Origin: Wallemia ichthyophaga EXF-994
Taxonomy: Eukaryota > Fungi > Basidiomycota
Assembly (NCBI RefSeq): GCF_000400465.1
Contig: NW_008806282.1
Location: 330,001 to 362,000 of the forward strand
Direction of reading: 5' to 3'
DNA length: 32,000 bases
Shown: one piece after another, positions 21,235 through 32,000 of the stretch
Layout: each line of letters opens with the position of its first letter
How positions within the stretch are numbered: position 1 is the stretch's first letter
Program-made: the position numbers and the translations under genes
The notes under the pieces: generated by a model
What the model was told of the DNA's origin: nothing
Seen by the model: only the letters and a program-made list of their open reading frames with translations
The model's database searches: none

Positions 21235-21304
21235 AAAGAGTGTATTTACGTTTAAATTTAAATAAATTGTTTGATTGATCGTACCTTGGTCGTTGACGTT
21301 GAGG

Positions 21305-23167
21305 ATGAAATTACTAGCAGGACTGAAATTCGTGCTGCTGCTGATGGTGGCGGGTAGCTGCGCGGCGGACGCTGGCATCTTACAGCAGGCGAACGCACAG
21401 CTTGCGATGGGAAGGTTCACCGACGCAGCAAATCTCTACACCAAAGCTATCGGTGAGTTTGGAGTTTAGCGTGATCACAGTAGTAACAGCTATAGACGCT
21501 GATCCGAGCTCTTATCTATCGCATTACAAGAGAGCTACAGCGTATTTAAGTCTGGGTAGAAACTCAGCTGCGTTGAATGACCTGGAGACAGTACTCGAGC
21601 TACAGCCTTCATTTGAGCAGGTAAGGGGATTTTATCGGTGTCTATTATACTGCTAACCAACTCTCAAAGGCAAGAATCCAAAGAGCTAGGATCTTGTTGA
21701 AGGACGGAGAGTATCACCAAGCCAAAGCGGAGACTGACATCTATCAAAAGAATCACAAGAATGATAAAACTGCAAAAGATCTTGTGGGTTCTGCGTTTAT
21801 TCGTTGTATACCACTCTAATCCCCCCCAGCAATCAAAGATCAAGAGCTTGGAAAAGCTCACAAACCAAACAGACAAGACACACAAAGCTAGGCGTTGGTC
21901 AGAGACTCTTCAATCGGTCACAAAGGCTATAGAAATCGCCAGCAACTCTCTAAGACTTCTACAAATACGTGTTGATTGCTTTTTAGCTCTTGGTGACATT
22001 AATGGGGCTACAAATGATTTGAAGTGAGTTTTTATTATATTACCCACTAGATTACTCTCATTAACCCTATTCAAAGCCGCATTGCTCACATTCAGCCTTC
22101 AATTCAATCTGATTTGCTTCTTAGACTCGCACATCTGACCTACTACTACCAAGGCAAACCAGAAGTATCCTTGAATCAGATCAAGCAGTGCTTACACACG
22201 GATCCGGAGTCAAAAGTGTGTAAAAAGTTCTTTAAAGTCCTCAAAAGCGACACGAAAGATATTAGTCGTGCTGTCATGTTCTCTCAATCAAGCAATTGGA
22301 GAGCGCTGGCTAGTGTTATTAATGGCAACAATGGGTTGTTAAAGAGATTAGATGAAGGTATGAGAATAGGGAGTATAGCAAGTGAATGGCCAGGTCTGAC
22401 TGAGGCACCAATACCCAAACAAGTCTACGATGCAAGCTTCAGTCCAGCACTTAGAAACCGTTTAGTCTCGTGGAGCTGTAAAGCTTACGTTCAGGCAAAT
22501 GACCTCAAGAAGGCTGAAAGCTTCTGCGAGGAAACGCTCAAGTTTGATTCAAACAACCTCGACGCGCTTATCGGTAGGGCAGAGGGAATGCTCAAAGCGG
22601 AGGATTTTGAGAAGGCAGTTGATGTGCTTGAGAAGGCGTTTGAAGCAAGTGGCCGGTCGAATAGGGATGTAAGTGGGGGTGCTAATATAAAGTAAGCTGA
22701 TGTGATATCCGACAGATCGCATCGAGACTTCAACGAGCAAGAAAGCTTCTGAAACAAAGCAAGTCTAAAGACTACTATAAAGTGCTCGGTGTACCTCGTA
22801 GTGCGACTGATAAAGAAATCAAGAAGGCATAGTGAGTAGGAAAAAGGATAAGTGGAGTAAACTGACAGAAAATAGTCGTAAGCAATCTAAAGAAGCACAT
22901 CCAGATAAAGGAGGATCTGTGGAAGCAATGGAGAGGCTTAATGAGGCATATGGTGTACTTAGTGACGCAGAACTACGCCAAAGGTTTGATCAAGGAGACG
23001 ATCCAAATGATCCAGAGAGTGGACATGAGCATCCATTCCAGCAAGGTGCAGGCGCATTCCAACACATGTTCTTCCACAACGGGTTCCCAGGTAGCTTCTC
23101 TGGAGGTGGTGGTGGAGGTGGTTTCCCAGGAGGCTTTGGTGGAAGACACTTTATGTTTAACTTTTAA
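21305..23167 (+). CDS. DNAJC3: ER-luminal TPR + J-domain co-chaperone (DNAJC3/P58IPK-like)
   Basis: Signal peptide; TPR segments (YLSHYKRATAYLSLGRNSAALNDL, QIKQCLHTDPESKVCKK); J-domain KDYYKVLGV...HPDKGG...LSDAELRQRFDQGDDPNDP; G/F-rich tail. Confidence 0.9.
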
Positions 23168-23540
23168 AACGATGCATTTATAAAGAGAAAAGAAATGAGA
23201 AATTTCACATGACAAAACAAGTTAGGATGAGTGGAGGGATGACGTGTATGTGAATACACCAGGATAATGTCCATATTCAATTGGCAAAATTGACCAAAAT
23301 GAATTAATTTTCAAAATAATTTTTTAGTGAAGTGGGGCGTTGTAAGTGGATGTAAAAATTAGGTGCAGCGCCACAATCAAGGGAAACGATACAGCAGTAA
23401 CATCGTGTTAGCACTGCAGCTGAAATATAGTGTACACAAGTGCCTCTTCTAATTGAAAGAGAGTACGTCCTTACATAGATCGAGCCAGAGCGAGAGCGAA
23501 ATCAAGAGCGAAAACTAAGGCCATAAGCGTATGAGACTGA

Positions 23541-25930
23541 ATGAACTACAATTTTAAAATTCCAGGGCGGGAACGCTGGTCGCAGTCCCAGTATATGCAA
23601 TCCAGCCAATCAAATTACGATCATATTGATGAGTTCGACGAGTTGAATACGCAGCTCACCGATAAGCTCAGCTTGGAGACTGACTGGATATTTAGCTTCA
23701 ATCATTCTAATCAATTCCCTCAAATAAATAGCTCAGCTCACTCGCAGATCACTAATGCTGCAAATCATTCTTCTAGGAATGCTTCCGAAGCTCACCTTCA
23801 GAATCTATTCCACTCAAAGCCAAACACTTTCCCTGCTTCTTTCAATACGCCTACTTACAATCCTAAGACGAGCTTATCTAAGTTGAGTGGTAACGATAAT
23901 CCTTTGCATTCTCTCTCAATCCCCTCAACCGTCACCGTATGGTTTGGTGGTCTTCCAATTAATATTACGCCTGAAGTCCTTGCTAAGGCTTTGCAAAATC
24001 ACGAATGTCCTCCGATAGCTCTTCCAACGGTCATTGATCGTTCTCATTGCGCTTTTGCCTCCTTCATTGATCCAAACGTTATTTCTCGTTTGAGCAGTTT
24101 CGAACTTGGTGGGAGAAGAATTAAATGTAAAGTAAAGCATGCCACTGGTCAGGTCGCTAGTTCACTTAGTGATGTAAGTTTATTGTCTGAGATGTTGGTT
24201 GGCAATTTGTTCACTCATAATTCCTACTTCAGGCTGGCTTACTTTCTCGATATGATAACAATTTAACGCTCCTTCGACTTCTGGGGTTACTGGCCAGAGG
24301 CCTGTCACAAGCCCTGATGTCAATCAATCGCCCCATTTACCAAACAACTACAAAACAGAGCGAGTGAAGAGACCTGAGTCTGGGAATACGTCATCCTTGA
24401 ACGTAATCCCTCGTCAGCCTACACCAACTTCAACTTCTACACCTACTCAACTTTATAATCACCAGATTAACCAATCCGCGTCTTCTACTCCAAGCGAACA
24501 TAGTGCCGTTGCAGCAGCAGCAGCAGCAGCATCGCTTACTGCACTCTCAGTTTTGAAGACACCTCAAGTTATTCAAGCTGCATCCGCGCCAGAGGGACCA
24601 GGTAGAGAAATTCTTGAGCAAACACAACACTATTTGGGTTTGCTTGTTGACGGATTTCAGACACAGGCGTCAAATGCAGTGAATGAAAGTGGAGGGCAAT
24701 TCTTTGAGCTGGCTGAGAGCATCTCACAGAAGCTCAAAGAACCAGTTGTTTCAGTTAAGAAGGATGAATCAACATCAACACCCTTACCGCAATCTGAAGA
24801 GGAGCCAAGTGTAACTTATACTTGGAAGGGTGATAAGAGACCTAGGCGCTTTTTCATTTTGAAAGCCTTATCCAAGGTATGATCTATGTCAAAATTGATG
24901 GTTGACTGACGACAGCTCGACACAGAACGACTTGGATACGTCGAGACACGAAAATCGGTGGTCGACACAACCTCAAAATGAGGAGATCTTGAACAAAGCT
25001 TATAATGAAGCATCTCACGTTATTCTATTCATGTCTGCTAATAAACAGCGTGGATTTTACGGGTTAGCAGTGAGTTTTAGGTGGTAGGTGTATGAGATGA
25101 TAGCTGAGAATAATATAGCGCATGAGCAGCAAGATACCTAAAAGAAATGCAAATGATACTCAGGAGGAAATGCAGTCTAATTTACAGGCACACTTCTCGC
25201 CACACTTCTTGGACAAAGCTAGTCTTAAAGATGTAAAGGATAGTCAGACAAGTTTGGGAATTGGTGGGTTTGATTTGGTTGTTAAGATTATGCTAAGTGT
25301 GGTTTACAGATGGATTGCAAAGTAGCGATGAAGGGCTGAGGTGGTCTGGTAGGTGCATTAATGAGAAGATAAGAAGAGTTGGAAATTGATATCGACATCA
25401 CAGCTCCGGGGCAAATGCAAGATGATTTCTCGCAGTATTCTCATCCTTTAGATCAACCACAGAATAAGAGTGCACCTATTGTAGGGCGCGATCATTTAGG
25501 GCAAGTAGTAGAAAGAGATAACCGTATGGTTAAGGATGGTTATAGGAGTAGCTTCCTTTCACCGCCTCCTTACCAACAAACGCCTTCACCTATGGATGGG
25601 TTGCCACCAACAGATGAGCAATTGAGACAGAAAGATAATGACAGTCCGTATGCGCGAAAGACCAGAACGTTTGGACATCCATTTTCAATTGAGTGGCTGT
25701 CGACACGCCCAGTGCCATTTTCGTGAGTGAAAAATGGTAAAGAAAGTCTCGACTAAAAAAAAAAAAAACACAGAAAGCTCAAGGGAATAAACAACCCATG
25801 GAATATGAATAGACCAGTTAAGGTATCTCGCGATGGTACAGAAGTTGAAACAAAGGTTGGTGAGCGACTTGTTGAAGAATTTGGCTTCTCAGCGTCGCAA
25901 TTGCCTGTATACAGAAATCATGACTTGTAA
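23541..25930 (+). CDS. RRM-like + YTH-domain RNA-binding protein, multi-exon
   Basis: RRM-like segment TVWFGGLP...HCAFASF...IKCKVK. YTH motifs RRFFILKA, RWSTQPQNEEILNKAYNEASHVILFMSANKQRGFYGLA, FGHPFSIEWLS and NPWNMNRPVKVSRDGTEVE. The start codon and internal exon boundaries are uncertain. Confidence 0.82.
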
Positions 25931-25996
25931 GTTAAACAAATTGTAAACAAAATTATATATTGCTATTATTAATGTTGTTATCCTACACTCATTGTC

Positions 25997-27504
25997 ATGG
26001 TGAAGGAAGTCAGCCAGAATTCTCAGAATTCGCAGATAAGTCAGAGGCTTCTATCTGGAGCGACGGTGAGTATTAGGGGGCGTTGTCATGCTATTTCTCA
26101 ATGTACTCAGTCTGGATTCGCTGCTGCCGTCGCACTGCAACCGTTCGACGTCATCAAAACCCGCCTACAGCAGGTAGAGGGGCATAACGACAGTCTCAGC
26201 GAGAAGAATATCCGGAATATGCGCAAGATGCTCAAATCAACGCGGTATGTGGGGTTATGTGTATAGTGTACTTAGCTTACCGAAGCCGTCGAAGAGTGTA
26301 CGACATCACAAAGGGGATAATCAAGGACGAAGGGCTAGCTGGTTTGTGGCGGGGAACGACGCCTACGCTGTGGAGGTGCGTGTGTATGACACTTTAGCAA
26401 GACATAGCTCACTACAAGGCTAGAAATGTACCTGGAGTGGCACTGTGTGGGTCGATTCGAACGATTGGGGATGAAAACGGCTAAAGATGAACAGATTTCA
26501 CTTCCCTCCAGTCACTACGCAGTTACATGATATCCACAGGTCTGTTCCATCCCCAGACACCCTCTAGTCAGGCCACGACGTCTGAATTCTCGCGTTTGAA
26601 CGGACGCGGCAATTTGCTTTCGGGTGCATTGGCAAGGACGGCGGTGGGGTTTCTTCTCAACCCATTTACAGTGTGTAAAGCGCGATTTGAGGTGGGTGGA
26701 TGATGAGCTCACTCCATTCAACTTGAACTTACCTCGCTCTTCCTTCCCCTTCTGCAGAGTGATCTGTACAGATACAGGTCTATTCTAGGCGCGCTGGGTG
26801 ATATAGTCAGACAGTCAGGCCCGCGTGGCCTTCTCGCCGGTTTCTCCGCTTCTGCTCTGCGTGATGCGCCATATGCGGGGTTGTATGTCGTCCTTTATGA
26901 GCGGATGAAGGAGTATGGATGTGAGTCTTGAGAGGCGTGTGGTTGGTGTGTTCTTAGCCAACAGCGTGGCACTCTCCTTTTAACTCATGCTCATGCTCAC
27001 GCTCACCCACTCACACTCCCCTCTACAGCCCACTTACAGGATATTGGCAGCAGCAGCGGGAGACACATACCTGCGCCAGTCATATACAGCGTTTCTGGTG
27101 GGTGGATTGGTGGATGTAGTTGCTGGTGTAGTAGTGCTAATTACTCTCATAGGTCTGCTCGCTGGCACTAGTTGCACGCTGATCACACATCCGTGAGTGG
27201 AAAGTATCTATTAAAACTTGACAGGTCAGCTAACGCCTTTGCAGCTTCGATGTAGTCAAGGTGGGCAGGTGTTGCGTGCATTGGAGGTATCGACTAACGT
27301 TGGCAGACTAAAATGCAAATATTTCCCAACCAATATAAAACACTGTGGGCATCTATAGTGATGATAGTGAACAAGTCACCACGGTCGCTGTTCGCTGGGA
27401 GCGGGATTAGAATAGCACGCAAAGCACTCTCTTCAGCGATTGGATGGACAGCGTTTGAGGAGTTGGCGAGGTTGATGAGGAGTAGGAGTACAAGTCAGGT
27501 GTAA
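25997..27504 (+). CDS. HEM25: Mitochondrial glycine carrier (SLC25A38/Hem25-like), multi-exon
   Basis: Carrier signatures QPFDVIKTRLQQ, NPFTVCKARFE and THPFDVVK; GLWRGTTPTLWRNVPG, RDAPYAGLY and RIARKALSSAIGWTAFE. Confidence 0.85.
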
Positions 27505-27550
27505 GAATGGAACAAGTGAATGTAATTGATAAAAGGGTACATGGAGCTAT

Positions 27551-28197
27551 TCAGAGTAACATCAAGCCAATTGTAGACACAGCAGTGAGACCAAGTACGG
27601 CGTATCCAGTTTGGTAAGCGCCTTTGAGGGTTAAGACTGGGTGTATGTGTGAGTGTGTGATCAAAGTGTTTCAAGGCACACAACTCACATCTGCCGGTAT
27701 CCCATAACAAATGTCTAATGCCGTTGAGAGAGTGGAAAGAGAAGGCAGCGGCGATAGGTACCTTGACCAAAGCCTTAAGCCAGACAGGAGCAGATTGGGT
27801 GATTTCGATAAGAGACTGGCTGTCAAATCCAGCGCCAGCTAAAGGCAGGGTTACGTATCCAATAGCGAAGGCGTAGATACCCGCAGAGAGACCAACGCCA
27901 GTGACTCTGTTGGCAATAGAAGCAACCCAAGTAAGTTGTGGCTGGTAGATAGTGAAATGTGGGGAAGAAGGTCTGAGATTTCTTTGGTGGTTGAGGAGGG
28001 CGAGATTTTCTGATTCGTTGAGTTTCTGTGTGTGTATCAGCTTTGAGGGGCTCTTAAGTGTGTTGCCGAGTCTGGTGGCTGCTGCTGCTGCTACACGCTA
28101 TGAGAGTGCTAGACGCTATCAAACACCGCCACTCACGCTGCACAAACGCCCTAAGGCAGTTTGAGTTATTAGCGCGTAAACCAATTCTAGCGATCAT
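27551..28197 (-). CDS. SDH3: Succinate dehydrogenase cytochrome b560 subunit
   Basis: Presequence MIARIGLRANNSNCLRAFVQ, intron from 28136, then RPSSPHFTIYQPQLTWVASIANRVTG and FHSLNGIRHLLWDTG. Final exon LTLKGAYQTGYAVLGLTAVSTIGLMLL*. Confidence 0.93.
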
Positions 28198-28254
28198 CGA
28201 TGTAATTTGCAGAAACGTGATTGGCTCACTCTTCTTGGTATAAAATTATCTGCC

Positions 28255-29283
28255 ATGATAACCGAGTTTCTAGGGTTGAAGGGAATACCACTGACAGGTA
28301 GATTCCCATTGAAGCGTATGGATGTTGGCCACGCAGCTGTGCATGTTACCCACCAGCCAGTACTCTGGGTCTACGCGAGGTCATCGATATCATTTGAGCG
28401 TGGGCGGAATTGTAAAGTGGCTTACAACGACTCACTCTACCGCAGCTGAATGCCTCAAATGGCAGATTTATTTGCTACTCAATGGCGTCGAATTCAAACT
28501 TAAATCCACCAACGAACCAAATGGATCGCCGAATAGTGCGTGGCGGTGTTCTTAGCGTGTATAATCCCTTACACTCCCTCAGGCAGGCTTCCTGTGCTAG
28601 AACTCCCGCACACAGATGGCCAGACACCCGTCCTGCTCACCGATGACCAGATAAGGGCGTATGTCGAGGATGGTAGCTGTAATAACGTCCCAGACGAGCA
28701 CCTTCTACACACAATAGAGAAACAGCTGAGAATATCTTTCCTCACTTACCACCTATTCATACCATCCGCGTCGCTCCACTCTGCCAATCTCTACTTCCCA
28801 GCGACCACTAAACTGATATCTTTGCAACAGTCACACCACTTCAATCGCCTCAAAGCATCAGCTAGCGTTGAGATCGCAAAGGTCGTCAGCGGCAATCATG
28901 TCTTAGACCACACACACACTACTCTGACATCTTGGCTATATGCCCGCTATTTCCCCAGCGAGGAACCATACGAATGTGTGCCAGTGGATGTGGATGCTGT
29001 CGATAGGATCGCTGCGAATGCCTTATCTGAGTTATCCGCCAATCTTGCGTCGAATACGTGGATATTGGGTGGAGAGTGGGTGTAAATGGGCTATTATCGA
29101 CGCAATAAACTAACACACTCTAGCAAACCAACTTACGCAGACGCCTGTTTATTCGCCTACCTCTATCTCACTCTCTCCCTCCTCCCGCCATCCTCACACC
29201 TGCGCAAACGACTGACAGGTCACATCAACTTGACGCACTACACGCAGCGCATTGCCAGCGACTACCTCAAGGCTAGAATATAA
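28255..29283 (+). CDS. Metaxin/Sam35-like GST-fold outer mitochondrial membrane protein
   Basis: A 46-nt intron at 28400-28445 yields SFEPECLKWQIYLL; SPNSRLPVL follows a second intron; C-terminal KPTYADACLFAYL is GST-C/metaxin-like. Confidence 0.7.
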
Positions 29284-29295
29284 GCCATGTATGTA

Positions 29296-30155
<860 letters not shown>

Positions 30156-30194
30156 GATTGTATTTAGTTAAGGGGTGTATTGTACAAATTATTC

Positions 30195-31617
30195 TTAGTT
30201 GTGCTTATTCATCGCAGACGTCAGCTGGTCTGTGTAGTACTCGATTTGTTCCTCCAGCGTTACCCACGTTGATTGCAACGCGTTCATTTCTTGTTCGTGG
30301 CTTAACTCCAGTTCGCGAGTCTAGGTTTGTGTGTCAGTAGCGATTTACTCAATATAGCACTCCCTCACATCCTGCTCCAACTTGGAGTTACGTTCCAGCT
30401 TCCCCTCGTACTCTTTCCGCCGTTCCGTCCTCTCAGTGGAGATAACCTCGTGCTCGCTGCGGAATGCTGCCATCTGAGCGCGAATAGCCTCACGTTTCTC
30501 TGTAGCCGTGCGCTGTGTGCGTTCGAGTCTTTCACGCGCGTTATCGACCTGTCTCGAAAGCTGTTGGAAGCGAACGGAGAGTGCGGTGTGATCTTTCTGT
30601 TTCTGATCGATCCCATCACGCAAATGAGCTGAGTGTCTATAAGCACCGTCAACTCTACCTTGCTCGACTTCTATGACGTTTAAGACAGCGATACAAGCCT
30701 GAATGTCATTGTTAAACGAGTCCATGTATTCGAGACGAATTTTGAGGTCCTTGGTGCGTTTCTCGAGCCCTGCTTCAGCTGCACGTTCGGCAGCTAGCTC
30801 GTCTCCCATATCTGCGATAGCGCGTTTTTGGCGGTCAGGCGATTGCACAAGGCGAGCGGTGGAAGTGTGACCGATTTGCTGTGCATTGTGCAACAGACTC
30901 TGATAATGCGTGATAGCCTTGTTGAGCTCCCCTTTGTGATTTTTCAGTTTATCAATCTCGCTCGCGAGGACTGTCTGGTGTTGCTTGAGGCGGGATAGTT
31001 CACTGAGGGCTTGCTCCATCTCTACGCGCGCTTGTTTCGCCTGTGGTTCATCTTGAGCGCGTTGTTCACGCAGCTGTGCAGTCGCACTGCGCAATCGCTC
31101 ATTCTCTCCAGCTAACTCACCCCGCCGCTCTTTCAACGCTTCGCTGCGCGCTGCCACACCGTCAACCGTCGCCTGTCGCTCTTGTTTGAACTTAGCAAAA
31201 TTCACAAGCGCGGATAAGATCTTGCGCGTGCGTGCGGCGTCTGGCCGCGTTAGGTCCTGCAGAGTGAAGAAATCGACCTGGGCGATCTTGGTGAGGTTGG
31301 TGACGTGCTGGTGGAACATCATAAGGGGGACAGAGTCAGCGAAGAGTTCCTGATAGCGTCACTTAGTCGATTGTCCTCGCACTGGAATAAACACCCACGG
31401 GAAATTGCATCCTGCCAAGCAAGAGCGTCTTGGGAGCCTCGAGGGACTCCGGACGTAGCCCCATGAAGTAGTCCAGACACGCCGCGTATATCATTTGTAC
31501 CACTTGCGGCGTCGGCCGGTTGATGTCGTCGGCGGAGATGCGCAGGTTGAAGTACTGGGGATCGCAGAGACACTGGACAAGCTCAGTGACCTTGAAGGCA
31601 GGCAGAACTACAGACAT
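30195..31617 (-). CDS. NUF2: Kinetochore Ndc80-complex subunit Nuf2
   Basis: CH-domain motifs DDINRPTPQVVQMIY and DLTRPDAARTRKILSALVNFAKF, then a long coiled coil. Last exon after GTGAGG...CTAG ends MNKHN*. Confidence 0.9.
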
Positions 31618-31649
31618 TTGGTTTGCTGGATTCAATTTTTAATTTCTTA

Positions 31650-31722
31650 TCGTCGTCGTCCTGGTGCAACGCGTCGACGCGTCGACGAGCGCGTTTAGGG
31701 GCGACAACGACGACGACGACGA
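31650..31722. promoter_or_regulatory. Palindromic double ACGCGT (MCB-like) element inside a larger inverted repeat, upstream of NUF2
   Basis: ACGCGTCGACGCGT at 31669-31682 is a perfect 14-bp palindrome, flanked by TCGTCGTCGTC and GACGACGACGA. Function is inferred only. Confidence 0.5.
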
Positions 31723-31780
31723 ATAAAAATAAAAATCACAGCCACAGAGACACACGGACATCACCGGCACAGCACTCCCA

Positions 31781-32000
31781 ATGCGCCACTCCCCGCTACA
31801 GCTGGTAATGCACCCACACACTCAGCGGGACCACTCCGTCTTCCACAACATTGCGCCACGGGCGTATCACCTAACCTGAGGTAGAATATCGGTCAATGTT
31901 GAGGAGGTGTTTGTAAGGCCCTTGGAACCACGGCGTGGCTACGCACGTTCCCAGTCTCCCTATGCACCAGATGCACCAGACACACCACTCAACGACCACA
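31781..32000 (+). CDS. Possible 5' end of a gene divergent from NUF2, truncated by the window end
   Basis: Open frame GRISVNVEEVFVRPLEPRRGYARS... from about 31880 to the end, after a CTAAC...AG acceptor. I could not fix a consistent first exon. Confidence 0.25.

Noticed and set aside
25756-25768. Poly(A) run
   Set aside because: Lies inside an intron of the YTH gene, with no TSD or retro-element body.
28229-28256. Upstream minus-strand ATG (MADNFIPRR) as the SDH3 start
   Set aside because: The ATG at 28197 gives an Arg-rich presequence and a normal 46-nt intron. The upstream ATG needs a long intron and overlaps the neighbour's start.

Overview
Eukaryotic, very gene-dense fungal DNA. The basidiomycete-type proteins, 46-55 nt introns and intergenic gaps often under 100 bp resemble Wallemia (taxon inferred, not checked). 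About 16 intron-containing genes can be reconstructed: SPT5 (3' part), MOB2, PPCDC, a DUF155/RMND1-like gene, an arrestin-like gene, an MGRN1-like RING E3, a secreted tyrosinase-like gene, COP1, AFI1/mesA, RPN3, a DNAJC3-type TPR/J protein, an RRM+YTH protein, HEM25, SDH3, a metaxin/SAM35-like gene, UBC9 and NUF2. The one large anomaly is a 3.6 kb stretch without an intact gene (15895-19540). It is built from apparently identical repeats in the order A-B-A-B-C-B. Block A carries a copy of the AFI1 last exon and a roughly 70 nt diverged fragment resembling cytoplasmic LSU rRNA helix 38. Block C carries a hairpin and a telomere-template-like 10-mer, and the junctions show microhomology and a palindrome. 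An assembly artefact cannot be excluded without reads. Other oddities: 24 identical 33-bp Spt5 CTR repeats, an 86-nt antisense CDS overlap that depends on a GC-AG intron, a start codon split by an intron, and a 39-bp stop-to-start gap. All gene models were made by eye and all family assignments are from recalled motifs; no database search was run.
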